Below are positions 23,464 through 32,609 of a DNA stretch of 64,000 nt, in pieces. The notes beneath the pieces were generated by a model. The model did not search any database. It had not been told where the DNA came from and was given only the letters and a program-made list of their open reading frames with translations. The position numbers were made by a program, and so were the translations under genes. Source of the DNA: Brevundimonas sp. Its GTDB lineage: Bacteria > Pseudomonadota > Alphaproteobacteria > Caulobacterales > Caulobacteraceae. The first letter of the stretch is position 1. Each line of letters opens with the position of its first letter. Location of the stretch: assembly GCF_965262535.1 (NCBI RefSeq), contig NZ_OZ253542.1, one strand, 5' to 3'.

Positions 23464-24375
23464 ATGGCGCCCGTTCTCTCCAAGACCCCCGAAACTCTCG
23501 TGACCCGCGGCTGGTCCGACTACGCCCTGCTGGATTCCGGTGGCGGCAAGAAGCTGGAACGCTATGGCCGCTATACGGTCGTCCGGCCCGAGCCGCAGTG
23601 TTTCTGGTCCCCGCATGATCCCGCCGCCTTCGAGGCCGCGACCGCCATGTTCGATCCGCAGCAGGAGGAAGAAGATTCCGGCCGCTGGAAGTTCGACAAA
23701 CATGGCCCCGTCGACGCCTTTCCTTTGAAGTGGCGCGACGTGAAGTTCACGGGCCGCTTCACCCCCTTCCGCCACCTGGCCTTCTTCCCTGAACAGGCCG
23801 CAAACTGGGAATGGCTGGACAAGCGGGTGCGGGATTTTGCCGGCGCTAACGGCCGCGCCCCAAAGATTCTGAACCTGTTCGGCTACACCGGGGTCGCCAG
23901 TCTGGCGGCTGCTGCGGCCGGCGCCGAGGTCACCCACGTCGACGCCTCCAAGAAGTCCGTCGCCTACGCCCGCGAGAACGCCGAACAGTCGGGCCTGGCC
24001 CAGCATCCGATCCGCTGGATCGTCGAGGACGCCCGCAAATATGTGGCGCGCGAGGTTCGCCGCGGCTCCAAATACGATGGCATTATTTTGGACCCGCCGA
24101 AGTACGGTCGCGGGCCGACCGGCGAAGTCTGGCGCCTGTTCGAGGACATGCCGGGCCTGCTGAAGGACTGCGCCGCCCTGCTGGCCGACGACGCCGACTT
24201 CCTGCTGCTGAATGCCTATGCGGCGCGCGTATCCGGTCTGTCGCTGGCGCACCTGATGGCCGAGGCGACGCATGATCGCGGCGGGCGCATCGACTGGGGT
24301 GAACTGGCCCTGTCCGAAGACGGGCCGGACGCCCGCGCCATCGGCCTGTCCTTCTTCGCGCGGTGGTCGCGATGA
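23464..24375 (+). CDS. Class I SAM-dependent (RlmI/RlmK-like) methyltransferase
   Basis: LNLFGYTG, HVDASKKS, ILDPPKYGRG. Confidence 0.85.
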   Translation: MAPVLSKTPETLVTRGWSDYALLDSGGGKKLERYGRYTVVRPEPQCFWSPHDPAAFEAATAMFDPQQEEEDSGRWKFDKHGPVDAFPLKWRDVKFTGRFTPFRHLAFFPEQAANWEWLDKRVRDFAGANGRAPKILNLFGYTGVASLAAAAAGAEVTHVDASKKSVAYARENAEQSGLAQHPIRWIVEDARKYVAREVRRGSKYDGIILDPPKYGRGPTGEVWRLFEDMPGLLKDCAALLADDADFLLLNAYAARVSGLSLAHLMAEATHDRGGRIDWGELALSEDGPDARAIGLSFFARWSR

Positions 24376-25181
24376 GCGCGCGGGACGAGTATCGCGTCAT
24401 CACCTCGCTGACGAACGACACCATCAAGGCCGTTCGCGCCCTGCATATGCGCAAGGAACGCGATCTGACCGGGACCTTCCTGGCCGAGGGTCTGAAGTTC
24501 ATTGGCGAGGCGCTGGATCAGGGTCGCGCGCCGAAGATGTTGCTGGTCGGCGAGGACGCCCGCCCTCATCCGTTGCTGGACCGCGCCAAGGCGGAAACGC
24601 GCAAGGCGGGCGGCGACATCATCATCGTCACCCACGCCATCCTGGAAAAGATCAGCCGACGCGATAATCCCCAGACGGTGCTGGGCGTGTTCGAACAGGC
24701 CTATGCGCCGTTGGACAGCCTGGACCCCGCCTCGGCGCCCTGTTGGGTCGCGCTGGAGCAGGTGCGCGATCCGGGCAATCTGGGCACCATCATCCGCACG
24801 GCGGACGCGGCGGGCTGCGGCGGGGTCATCCTGATCGGCGATTGTGTCGATCCCTATTCCGTCGAAGCGGTGCGTGCGACCATGGGTTCGGTCTTCGCCG
24901 TCTCGATCACCAAGACCACGCCCGACGCCTTCCTGGCGCGGCGCAAGACCTGGCCTGGCAGTGTCGTCGGCACCCGTCTGGACGCCACGGTCAGTCATCG
25001 CTCGGCGGTGATGCAGAAGCCGGCCCTGATCCTGATGGGCAACGAACAGGCCGGCCTGACTGACCAACTGGCCGCCGCCTGCGACGTCAACGTCAAGATC
25101 CCGATGCGCGGCCGGGCCGACAGTCTGAACCTGGCCATCGCCACCGGCATCATGGTCTATGCCGCCACCGACGAAGCCTAG
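24372..25181 (+). CDS. TrmH/SpoU family RNA methyltransferase
   Basis: VRDPGNLGTIIRTADAAG, MGNEQAG, IPMRGRADSLNLA. Confidence 0.92.
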   Translation: MSARDEYRVITSLTNDTIKAVRALHMRKERDLTGTFLAEGLKFIGEALDQGRAPKMLLVGEDARPHPLLDRAKAETRKAGGDIIIVTHAILEKISRRDNPQTVLGVFEQAYAPLDSLDPASAPCWVALEQVRDPGNLGTIIRTADAAGCGGVILIGDCVDPYSVEAVRATMGSVFAVSITKTTPDAFLARRKTWPGSVVGTRLDATVSHRSAVMQKPALILMGNEQAGLTDQLAAACDVNVKIPMRGRADSLNLAIATGIMVYAATDEA

Positions 25182-26455
25182 CGCTTCTCTTCCGGCGCCA
25201 CCCGACCCATGCCCCACAGGGCGACGATGGTGATCAGGGCGGACACGGCCAGATAACCGCCGACCGCCGCCGGCCCGAACCGCTCGGCCAGTTTCAGCGC
25301 GATATAGGGCGCCAGCGACGCGCCCAGAATGCCCGCCAGATTGAAGGCCATCGACGCCCCGGTATAGCGCACCGCGGTTGGGAACGGTCGGGCCATGGCC
25401 GCACCGATGGGTCCATAGGTGCAGCCCATCAGGGCGAACCCCAGGGCGAAGAAGATCAGCAGCCCGGTCAGCCCGCCCCCGAACAGGGCGGCGAACAGAA
25501 AGCCGAACAGGCCGATCCCGATGGACGACGCGATCAGAACCCTCACCTGCCCATACCGATCCGCCAGCAGGGCCGTCACCGGAATGAAGGCGGCGAAGAA
25601 CAGCACGCCGATCAACTGGATCGGCAGCACGTCGGCCCGCGCCAGCCCCATCCCCGTAGTCGCCCACCCCAGGGCGAAGACCGTCATCAGATAGAACAGG
25701 GTGAAGGTCGTCACGCCGCTCAAGGTGCCCAGCACCAGTGCGGCCTTGTGATGCGAAAACAGGGTCACGGCCGGCGCCTTGACCCGCTCGTCGCGGTCTA
25801 CGGCCTTCCGGAACTCGGGCGTTTCGGTGATCTTCAGCCGCACCCACAGGCCGACGAACACCAGGACGGCGCTGGCCAGGAAGGGGATGCGCCAGCCCCA
25901 GCTCTCGAATGCGGCTTCGCTCAGGGTCGAGGTCAGGGCGATAAAGGCGGTAGTGGACAGGATGAAACCGATGGGGGCGCCCAGTTGGGGGAACATGCCG
26001 AACCAGGCCTTCTTGCCCGGCGGCGCATTCTCGGTCGCCAGCAGGACCGCCCCGCCCCACTCGCCGCCAAGGCCCAGCCCCTGTCCGAACCGGCAAAGCG
26101 CCAGTAGCAGGGGCGCCAACAGGCCGACCTGCTGATGCGTCGGCAACAGGCCGATGGCCACGGTCGACAGCCCCATGGTCATCAGGGCCGCCACCAGCGT
26201 CGCCTTGCGCCCCACCCGGTCGCCGAAATGGCCGAACGCCAGGGCGCCGATGGGCCGTGCGAAGAAGGCGATGGAGAAGGTGGCGAACGACGACAGCAGC
26301 GCCGTGCCCGGATCGTCGCCCGGGAAGAACAGGGTCGGAAACACCAGCACCGCCGCCGTGGCGTAGATGTAGAAGTCGAAGAATTCGATCGTCGTGCCGA
26401 TCAGGCTGGCGAACAGCACGCGGCCGGTGGAGTTCTTGGGCAAGACTTCGGACAT
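25178..26455 (-). CDS. MFS metabolite:H+ symporter (MHS family)
   Basis: GTTIEFFDFYIY, FGHFGDRVGRK, GLGGEWGGAVL, ITETPEF. Confidence 0.92.
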   Translation of the reverse strand: MSEVLPKNSTGRVLFASLIGTTIEFFDFYIYATAAVLVFPTLFFPGDDPGTALLSSFATFSIAFFARPIGALAFGHFGDRVGRKATLVAALMTMGLSTVAIGLLPTHQQVGLLAPLLLALCRFGQGLGLGGEWGGAVLLATENAPPGKKAWFGMFPQLGAPIGFILSTTAFIALTSTLSEAAFESWGWRIPFLASAVLVFVGLWVRLKITETPEFRKAVDRDERVKAPAVTLFSHHKAALVLGTLSGVTTFTLFYLMTVFALGWATTGMGLARADVLPIQLIGVLFFAAFIPVTALLADRYGQVRVLIASSIGIGLFGFLFAALFGGGLTGLLIFFALGFALMGCTYGPIGAAMARPFPTAVRYTGASMAFNLAGILGASLAPYIALKLAERFGPAAVGGYLAVSALITIVALWGMGRVAPEEKR

Positions 26456-26514
26456 GGTTTCGGCTCCCAGCAGCCTGCTGCGATGCCCGCAAGGCGGCCA
26501 TGCCGTCAAGCCGA

Positions 26515-28947
26515 TCAGGTCCCGCGCGGCTTCACCCGGTTTGTCGGTTGCGCCTCGGCCGGGTTCTCGGGCCAGGGATGGCGCGGATAACGGCCCCGCA
26601 TCTCGGCCCGCACCGCCGCCCAAGACCCGGACCAGAAGCGCGGCAGGTCCTTTGTCACCTGCACCGGCCGACGCGCCGGCGACAGCAGCGCCAGGGTCAG
26701 GGGCACGCCGTTCGCCACGGTCGGGTGGGTTGTCACCCCGAACAGTTCCTGCACGCGAATGTCCACGCGCGGCCCGCCCTCGGCCAAATAGTCGATGGCC
26801 GCCGATCCCAGCGGCGTCACCAACCGCGCCGGCGCCAGTTCGTCCAGCCGACGCTGCAGGTCCCATGGGATCAGCCCGCGCAGCGCCTCCGCCAGACGCG
26901 CGTCGTCGATGGCGTCCAAAGCCTTCGCACCCTCCAGCAACGGCCACAGCCAGTCTTCGCGCGCCGCCAGCAGGGCTGCGTCCGATACATCCGGCCAGGC
27001 GGCGTCCTGGTCGTGCAGAAAGGCCAGCCGCGCCCTGAGGCCTTCCGCCTGTTCGCCCCAACGCAGCGCGCCCAGCCCCTCGGCCTCCACCTCGGCGCGC
27101 AGGGCGGCGTTCAGCATTTTTGCGTCCGGCGCGCCGACCACCTTCTCGTCCAGAACGATGGCGCCGATCCGTCGCGACCGCCGGATCACGGCCCGGCCCG
27201 ACGGTTCGCGCGCCATCCGGTCCTCGGTGGTGATCAGACGCGCCAGCTCGGTTTCCACCGCCTCCGAATCCAACGCCGCCGCCAGCCGCACCCGGTCGCG
27301 CACATCGCCGCCGCCCAGTTCGGCGACCGCCAGCCAAGGGGCGCGCGCCAGATGATCCGACGCCTCCAGCATGGCGCCGCGTCCGCTGGCCAGCAGGAAC
27401 TCGCCAGACCTGCCCCGCGCCTTCGCGATCCGTTCGGGGAAGGCCTCGGCCAGCAACAGCCCTGGATGGACCGTCTCGCCCGACCCGCCGCCCGCCGCCC
27501 TGGCCCAGCGATCCGCCAGTTTCAGCGCATCGCGCGCGCGCGGCGACTGATCCCGCGTCAGGCCGACCAGACGGTCCGACAGATCGACGCCCGATCCGCC
27601 CAGCCCCGGCTCGCTCAACACCGCCGCGATCCGCGCGCCGGCCAGGGCGTCGCCCCGGTCCGAGGCGACCGCGACCATATGGGCCAGGCGCGGCGACAGC
27701 GGAATCTTGGTCAGCCGCATCCCATGCGCCGACAATCCGCCATCGGCCTGCAACGCGCCCAGGCGGGTCAGCACCTTGCGCGCCTCGGCCATCGCGCCAG
27801 CGGGCGGCGGGTCCAGCAGCGCCAGCCCCTCGACCGACCGCGCGCCCCATCGCGCCAGATCCAGCGCCAGGCCGGTCAGGTCCGCCTCCTGGATTTCGGG
27901 CCGCTGGTGCGCGACCAACCCCCGCGTCTGCTCCTCGTCCCACAGGCGGTAGCAGACGCCCGGCGCCGTCCGCCCCGCCCGCCCGCGCCGCTGTTCGGCC
28001 GAGGACCGGCTGACCTTGACCGTTGCCAACCGCGTCAGGCCGCTGGACGGTTCGAAACGCGGCACGCGAGACAGGCCGCCGTCGATCACCACCCGCACGC
28101 CCTCGATGGTCAGGCTGGTCTCCGCGACCGAGGTGGCCAGCACCAGTTTGCGCCGTCCCTGCGCCGCCGGTTCGATGGCGCGGTCCTGTTCGGCGCGGTC
28201 CAAGCCGCCGTAAAGCGGCGTAACGTCCACAGCGGACAGCCTCAGCCGTTCCTTGACCAGACGCGCGACGCGGTGGATTTCCCCCTGCCCCGGCAGGAAG
28301 ACCAGGATCGACCCGCTCTCCTCGCCCAAGGCTGTCAGGCAGGCCCGCGTTACCGCCTCTTCGAACCGCTCGGCCGGATTGCGGCCCAGGTATCGGGTTT
28401 CGACCGGAAACACCCGACCCTCGGCCTCGATCACCGGCGCGCCGTCCAGCAGACGCGAGACGCCGACGACATCCAACGTCGCCGACATGACCAGCAGCCG
28501 CAGATCGTCGCGCAACAGCCCCTGGGTCTCGCGCGCCAACGCCAGGCCCAGGTCGGCGTCCAGACTGCGTTCGTGAAACTCGTCGAACAGGACCGCGCCC
28601 ACGCCCTCCAGCCCCGGATCGTCCAGGATCATGCGCGTGAACACGCCCTCGGTGATGACCTCAATCCGGGTCGTCGCTCCGATACGGCTTTGTAGCCGTG
28701 TGCGATAGCCGACCGTCCCCCCGGCCTGTTGGCCCAGCGTCGCCGCCATCCGGTCCGCCGCCGCCCGCGCCGCCAGCCGCCGCGGCTCCAGCACCAGGAT
28801 CTTGCCGTCGCCCAGCCACGGCTGATCCAGCAAGGCGAGCGGCACGACCGTCGTCTTGCCCGCGCCGGGCGGCGCGGCCAGCACGGCTGTGTTGCCGGCG
28901 CCCAAGGCGGCCTTCAGCGGGTCCAGAACAGCGTGGATCGGCAACAT
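26515..28947 (-). CDS. hrpB: ATP-dependent helicase HrpB
   Basis: APPGAGKTT, DEFHER, MSATL, ATSVAETSLT, QRRGRAGR, C-terminal QVTKDLPRFW. Confidence 0.95.
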   Translation of the reverse strand: MLPIHAVLDPLKAALGAGNTAVLAAPPGAGKTTVVPLALLDQPWLGDGKILVLEPRRLAARAAADRMAATLGQQAGGTVGYRTRLQSRIGATTRIEVITEGVFTRMILDDPGLEGVGAVLFDEFHERSLDADLGLALARETQGLLRDDLRLLVMSATLDVVGVSRLLDGAPVIEAEGRVFPVETRYLGRNPAERFEEAVTRACLTALGEESGSILVFLPGQGEIHRVARLVKERLRLSAVDVTPLYGGLDRAEQDRAIEPAAQGRRKLVLATSVAETSLTIEGVRVVIDGGLSRVPRFEPSSGLTRLATVKVSRSSAEQRRGRAGRTAPGVCYRLWDEEQTRGLVAHQRPEIQEADLTGLALDLARWGARSVEGLALLDPPPAGAMAEARKVLTRLGALQADGGLSAHGMRLTKIPLSPRLAHMVAVASDRGDALAGARIAAVLSEPGLGGSGVDLSDRLVGLTRDQSPRARDALKLADRWARAAGGGSGETVHPGLLLAEAFPERIAKARGRSGEFLLASGRGAMLEASDHLARAPWLAVAELGGGDVRDRVRLAAALDSEAVETELARLITTEDRMAREPSGRAVIRRSRRIGAIVLDEKVVGAPDAKMLNAALRAEVEAEGLGALRWGEQAEGLRARLAFLHDQDAAWPDVSDAALLAAREDWLWPLLEGAKALDAIDDARLAEALRGLIPWDLQRRLDELAPARLVTPLGSAAIDYLAEGGPRVDIRVQELFGVTTHPTVANGVPLTLALLSPARRPVQVTKDLPRFWSGSWAAVRAEMRGRYPRHPWPENPAEAQPTNRVKPRGT

Positions 28948-29095
28948 ATCCGGCCTGTAGCCGACCCTGGGGCGATCACGAAAGCGTCGTCCGGCCTTTA
29001 CTGCGCCGTCATGCGCGTTGCGCGCCGTCCCATCCGCCGCTAGCGTCCGCCCAAACCCAGCCGAGGGGCTGGCTTATAAAGTGGGGAATAAATCT

Positions 29096-30640
29096 ATGTG
29101 GCGCGTCAAATCGTTGGATGCGATTCTCGCATCCGCGGAGAAAAAATCGCTAACCCGAACCCTGGGCCCCGTTCAGCTTACCTTGCTGGGCGTGGGCGCG
29201 ATCATCGGCACCGGCATCTTCGTCCTGACCTCCGAGGCCGCCCAGAAGGCCGGCCCCGGCATGATGTGGAGCTTCGTCATCGCCGCTGCGGTCTGCGCCG
29301 TGGCGGCGCTTTGCTATTCGGAAATCGCTTCGATGGTGCCGGTCTCCGGCTCCGCCTACACCTACACCTATGCGGTGATGGGCGAGTTGCTGGCCTGGAT
29401 GGTGGGCTGGGCCCTCATTCTCGAATACGCCGTCGCGGCCTCGGCGGTGTCCGTCGGCTGGTCCGGCTATTTCATCGGCCTCCTGCAGAGTTGGGGCATA
29501 AGCTTGCCCCAGGCCATAGCCGTCGGCCCCTACGCCGGCGGCGTCATGAACCTGCCGGCCCTGCTGATCGCGCTTCTCATCACCGGCCTGCTGATGATCG
29601 GGACCAGCGAAAGCGCGCGCGTCAACGCCGTTCTGGTCGCCATCAAGGTCACGGCCCTGACGGTCTTCATCGTCCTGACCGTGCCGGTGCTGAAGGGCGC
29701 CAACTTCACGCCCTTCACGCCGAACGGCTGGTTCGGCGACGGCCATGGAGCGGGCCTTGGCGTCGTCGGCGCCGCGGCCTCGATCTTCTTCGCCTATGTC
29801 GGCTTCGACGCCGTTTCGACGGCGGCCGAAGAAACCAAGAACCCGCAACGCAACGTGCCCATCGGCCTGATCGCGTCGCTGGGCATCTGCACCATCTTCT
29901 ATCTGCTGGTCGCCGCCGGCGCGATCGGCGCCATCGGCGCCCAACCGCTGCTCGGTCCGAACGGCGAGGTGCTGCACGCCGGTTCGTCGGCCCTGGCCGC
30001 GCAGTGCGCCACCTTCTCGTCGATGCAGGAGCCTCTGGTCTGCTCGCGCGAGGCCCTTGCCCACGTCCTGCGCGTGGTCGGTCATGAGCGCATCGGCGAC
30101 CTGATCGGCATCGCCGCCTTCCTGGCCCTGCCGTCGGTCATCCTGATCATGCTGTTCGGTCAGACCCGCATCTTCTTCGTGATGGCGCGCGACGGCCTGC
30201 TGCCCGGCTTCCTGGCCACCATCCACCCCAAGTGGAAGACGCCGCACATCGTCACCATGATCACCGGCGCGGCCGTCGCCGTCTTCGCCGCCTTCCTGCC
30301 CGTCGGCCAATTGGCGGACATCTCCAACTCCGGCACCCTGTTCGCCTTCTTCATGGTGGCGATCGCGGTCATGATCCTGCGCGTGACCCAGCCGAACCGT
30401 CATCGCCCGTTCAAGACGCCCCTGGTGTGGATCATCGCCCCGCTGGCGGTGCTGGGCACCCTGGGCCTGTTCTTCAACCTGCCGACGGAATCCAAACTGG
30501 TTCTGCCGATCTGGGGCGCCGTCGGCCTGGTGGTCTATTTCGCCTACGGCTATCGCAAGAGCCACGTCGGACGCGGTCTGGTCGAGGTTCACGAGACGGA
30601 CAGCGACGCACCTCCGCCGCCTGTTCCGCCGATCAAATAA
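29096..30640 (+). CDS. Amino acid permease (APC family)
   Basis: GVGAIIGTGIFVL, FFAYVGFDAVSTAAEETKNP; multiple TM helices. Confidence 0.93.
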   Translation: MWRVKSLDAILASAEKKSLTRTLGPVQLTLLGVGAIIGTGIFVLTSEAAQKAGPGMMWSFVIAAAVCAVAALCYSEIASMVPVSGSAYTYTYAVMGELLAWMVGWALILEYAVAASAVSVGWSGYFIGLLQSWGISLPQAIAVGPYAGGVMNLPALLIALLITGLLMIGTSESARVNAVLVAIKVTALTVFIVLTVPVLKGANFTPFTPNGWFGDGHGAGLGVVGAAASIFFAYVGFDAVSTAAEETKNPQRNVPIGLIASLGICTIFYLLVAAGAIGAIGAQPLLGPNGEVLHAGSSALAAQCATFSSMQEPLVCSREALAHVLRVVGHERIGDLIGIAAFLALPSVILIMLFGQTRIFFVMARDGLLPGFLATIHPKWKTPHIVTMITGAAVAVFAAFLPVGQLADISNSGTLFAFFMVAIAVMILRVTQPNRHRPFKTPLVWIIAPLAVLGTLGLFFNLPTESKLVLPIWGAVGLVVYFAYGYRKSHVGRGLVEVHETDSDAPPPPVPPIK

Positions 30641-30644
30641 AAAG

Positions 30645-30675
30645 AAAGGCCCCGGAGCGATCCGGGGCCTTTTTT
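30645..30675. terminator. Bidirectional intrinsic terminator between the permease and tRNA-Leu
   Basis: AAAGGCCCCGGA-GCGA-TCCGGGGCCTTT followed by T-run on +; A-run on the left gives a U-tract on -. Confidence 0.88.
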
Positions 30676-30678
30676 ACG

Positions 30679-30763
30679 TGGTGCGGATGAGAGGACTCGA
30701 ACCTCCACGCCTCTCGGCGCTGGAACCTAAATCCAGTGCGTCTACCAGTTCCGCCACATCCGC
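30679..30763 (-). tRNA. tRNA-Leu (anticodon TAG), CCA encoded
   Basis: The minus strand reads GCGGATGTGGCGGAACTGGTAGACGCACTGGAT-TTAGG-TTCCAGCGCCGAGAGGCGTGGAGGTTCGAGTCCTCTCATCCGCACCA; 85 nt with a long variable arm. Confidence 0.96.
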
Positions 30764-30812
30764 ATTCAGGTAGGCCGTCGCCTCTAGAGGCTGGCGACCG
30801 TCAGGGCAAGGG

Positions 30813-31175
30813 TCAACGACGCCCCGCCACCAGTTCATTGCGGATATTGCGCCCCAGCGGATCGCGCGCCTGCCAGCTGTCGCCCACGTCCGCCTCGACC
30901 ATGCGGCTGCAGAAGCGGGGCAGTATCTGGCGCGGCGTGAAATCGCTGAGACAGATTCGGCCGTTCTCGGCCGTCCAGCGCGCGTTCAGCCGCCGCCCGT
31001 CAGAAAACTGCGACGTGTAACGCCCGTCAGGCTCGAAGAAATGCTTCACCCACTGCCCGTTGGGATAGTGGGACACGATGGTGTTGCCAAAGGCGTTGGA
31101 CATGCCCGCGCTGGCCGTCGACGCCGCAGCCAAGCCCGCCAGCGCCAATCCGCCGATCCAAATGCCGTATTTCAA
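30813..31175 (-). CDS. Small exported hypothetical protein
   Basis: TTG start after GGAGG; signal peptide MKYGIWIGGLALAGLAAASTASA; Cys pair. Confidence 0.7.
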   Translation of the reverse strand: MKYGIWIGGLALAGLAAASTASAGMSNAFGNTIVSHYPNGQWVKHFFEPDGRYTSQFSDGRRLNARWTAENGRICLSDFTPRQILPRFCSRMVEADVGDSWQARDPLGRNIRNELVAGRR

Positions 31176-31250
31176 CCCGTCCCTCCTGCGCTGTCCCCAG
31201 CATCGACTATCGACGATACACAAGACAGCGCAAGCGGAACGGTTCCGTCG

Positions 31251-31766
31251 TCAGCCGTTGCCGCGACGGCCCGATTCGAACAGGAACCAGACGCGCTTCT
31301 CGCTCTCGTCGATCCAGTTCTCCAGCAGGCTGGCGGTGGCGATGTCGTTATGCTCGTCGCACAGGTCGTGCGCCTCGCGCATCCGGCCGATCAGCTCGCC
31401 ATTGTCGTCGCGAAGCTCGGCCAGCATATCCAGCGGATCGACATAGTCTGCATCGTTGTCGGCGATCCGCGATTCCTTCGCGATCTGACCGATGGAGCGC
31501 AGCGTCGTCCCCCCGATCTTGCGCGCCCGCTCGGCCATCGGATCCGTCATGGCCAGGATTTCCGCCGACTGCTCGTCCAGCAGCAGGTGATAATCCCGGA
31601 AATGCGGTCCCGACACGTGCCAGTGGAAGTTCTTGGTCTTGATGTAGAGCGCGAACGTATCGGCCAGCAGCGCGGTCAGCGCGGCGGAAATATCCCGCGT
31701 CGCTTCTTCCGACAGGCTGGTAGGCGTTCTCAACGGCGCCAAGCGTTTCTCACGGGCGGTGACCAT
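31251..31766 (-). CDS. dps: Dps DNA-protection/ferritin-like protein
   Basis: YIKTKNFHWHVSGPHFRDYHLLLDEQ, AERARKIG, EKRVWFL. Confidence 0.94.
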   Translation of the reverse strand: MVTAREKRLAPLRTPTSLSEEATRDISAALTALLADTFALYIKTKNFHWHVSGPHFRDYHLLLDEQSAEILAMTDPMAERARKIGGTTLRSIGQIAKESRIADNDADYVDPLDMLAELRDDNGELIGRMREAHDLCDEHNDIATASLLENWIDESEKRVWFLFESGRRGNG

Positions 31767-31877
31767 TCTCGTTCTCCTCAGCAACGATCCGCCGTTTAGC
31801 TAGGAAACGAACAGGCCGAACGGAAGCCCCATTCCTGACAAGCCTTCGTTTGCTCGCCTGCGCAAAAGCGAAACCGA

Positions 31878-32609
31878 CTATCCGGCCGGCCCTCCACTGG
31901 TTGGAGATGAAGATCGGTCAAGTTGAACAAGCCGATACCCAATGCCAGGCTCGGTCACCAGAATGACTGGCTGGGCCGGGTCCGTCTCCAGCTTGTGCCG
32001 CAATTGGCCCACGACGACCCGCAGATATTGCACGTCGTCGGCATGGCCGGCGCCCCATATGGCCTTCAGCAGATCGGCGTGGCCCAGCACCTTGCCGGCG
32101 TTGCGTGCGAGGTAGGCCAGGACGTCGTATTCCTTGGGGCGCAGCTTCACCCGCTCGCCGGCGCGGGTGACGATGCGACGGTCCAGGTCGATCACCACAT
32201 CGCCCGCCGTGACCACGCCCCCGACGACCGGCGTCAGCGCGCCCTGGCGCAGGCCGGCGCGGATGCGGGCCAGCAGTTCGCCGACGCCGAACGGCTTTTC
32301 GACATAGTCGTTGGCGCCCAGGTCCAGGGCCGTGATCTTCTCGGCCTCGCGGTCACGGGCGGACAGGACGATGATCGGCCCCGGATAGAATTCCCGCGCG
32401 CGGGTCAGCACATCCTTGCCGTCCATATCGGGCAGTCCCAGGTCCAGAACCACGGCGTCGGGGCTCCACAGGGCGATGGCGCGAAGGCCCTCCTGCCCGC
32501 TGTCGGCGCGGCGGGGCTCGTAGCCAGCGGCGTCCAGGGCGGGCGCCAGGAAACGATGGATCTGGGGTTCGTCGTCGATGACCAGAACCTGGGGGCGAAC
32601 GGCGGACAT
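31878..32609 (-). CDS. kdpE: Response regulator KdpE
   Basis: Receiver (LDLGLPDMDG) plus OmpR wHTH (ILVTEPGIGYRL); coupled to kdpD. Confidence 0.93.
   Translation of the reverse strand: MSAVRPQVLVIDDEPQIHRFLAPALDAAGYEPRRADSGQEGLRAIALWSPDAVVLDLGLPDMDGKDVLTRAREFYPGPIIVLSARDREAEKITALDLGANDYVEKPFGVGELLARIRAGLRQGALTPVVGGVVTAGDVVIDLDRRIVTRAGERVKLRPKEYDVLAYLARNAGKVLGHADLLKAIWGAGHADDVQYLRVVVGQLRHKLETDPAQPVILVTEPGIGYRLVQLDRSSSPTSGGPAG

Noticed and set aside
30679-30763. tRNA-Leu as an integration site for a genomic island
   Set aside because: I saw no duplicated tRNA 3' end and no integrase; the genes downstream of its 3' end (permease, hrpB) look like core genes.
31810-31835. GGAAT-N17-TGTT upstream of dps as a SigT/EcfG promoter
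   Set aside because: Both elements mismatch the consensus. Plausible given dps biology, but too weak to call.
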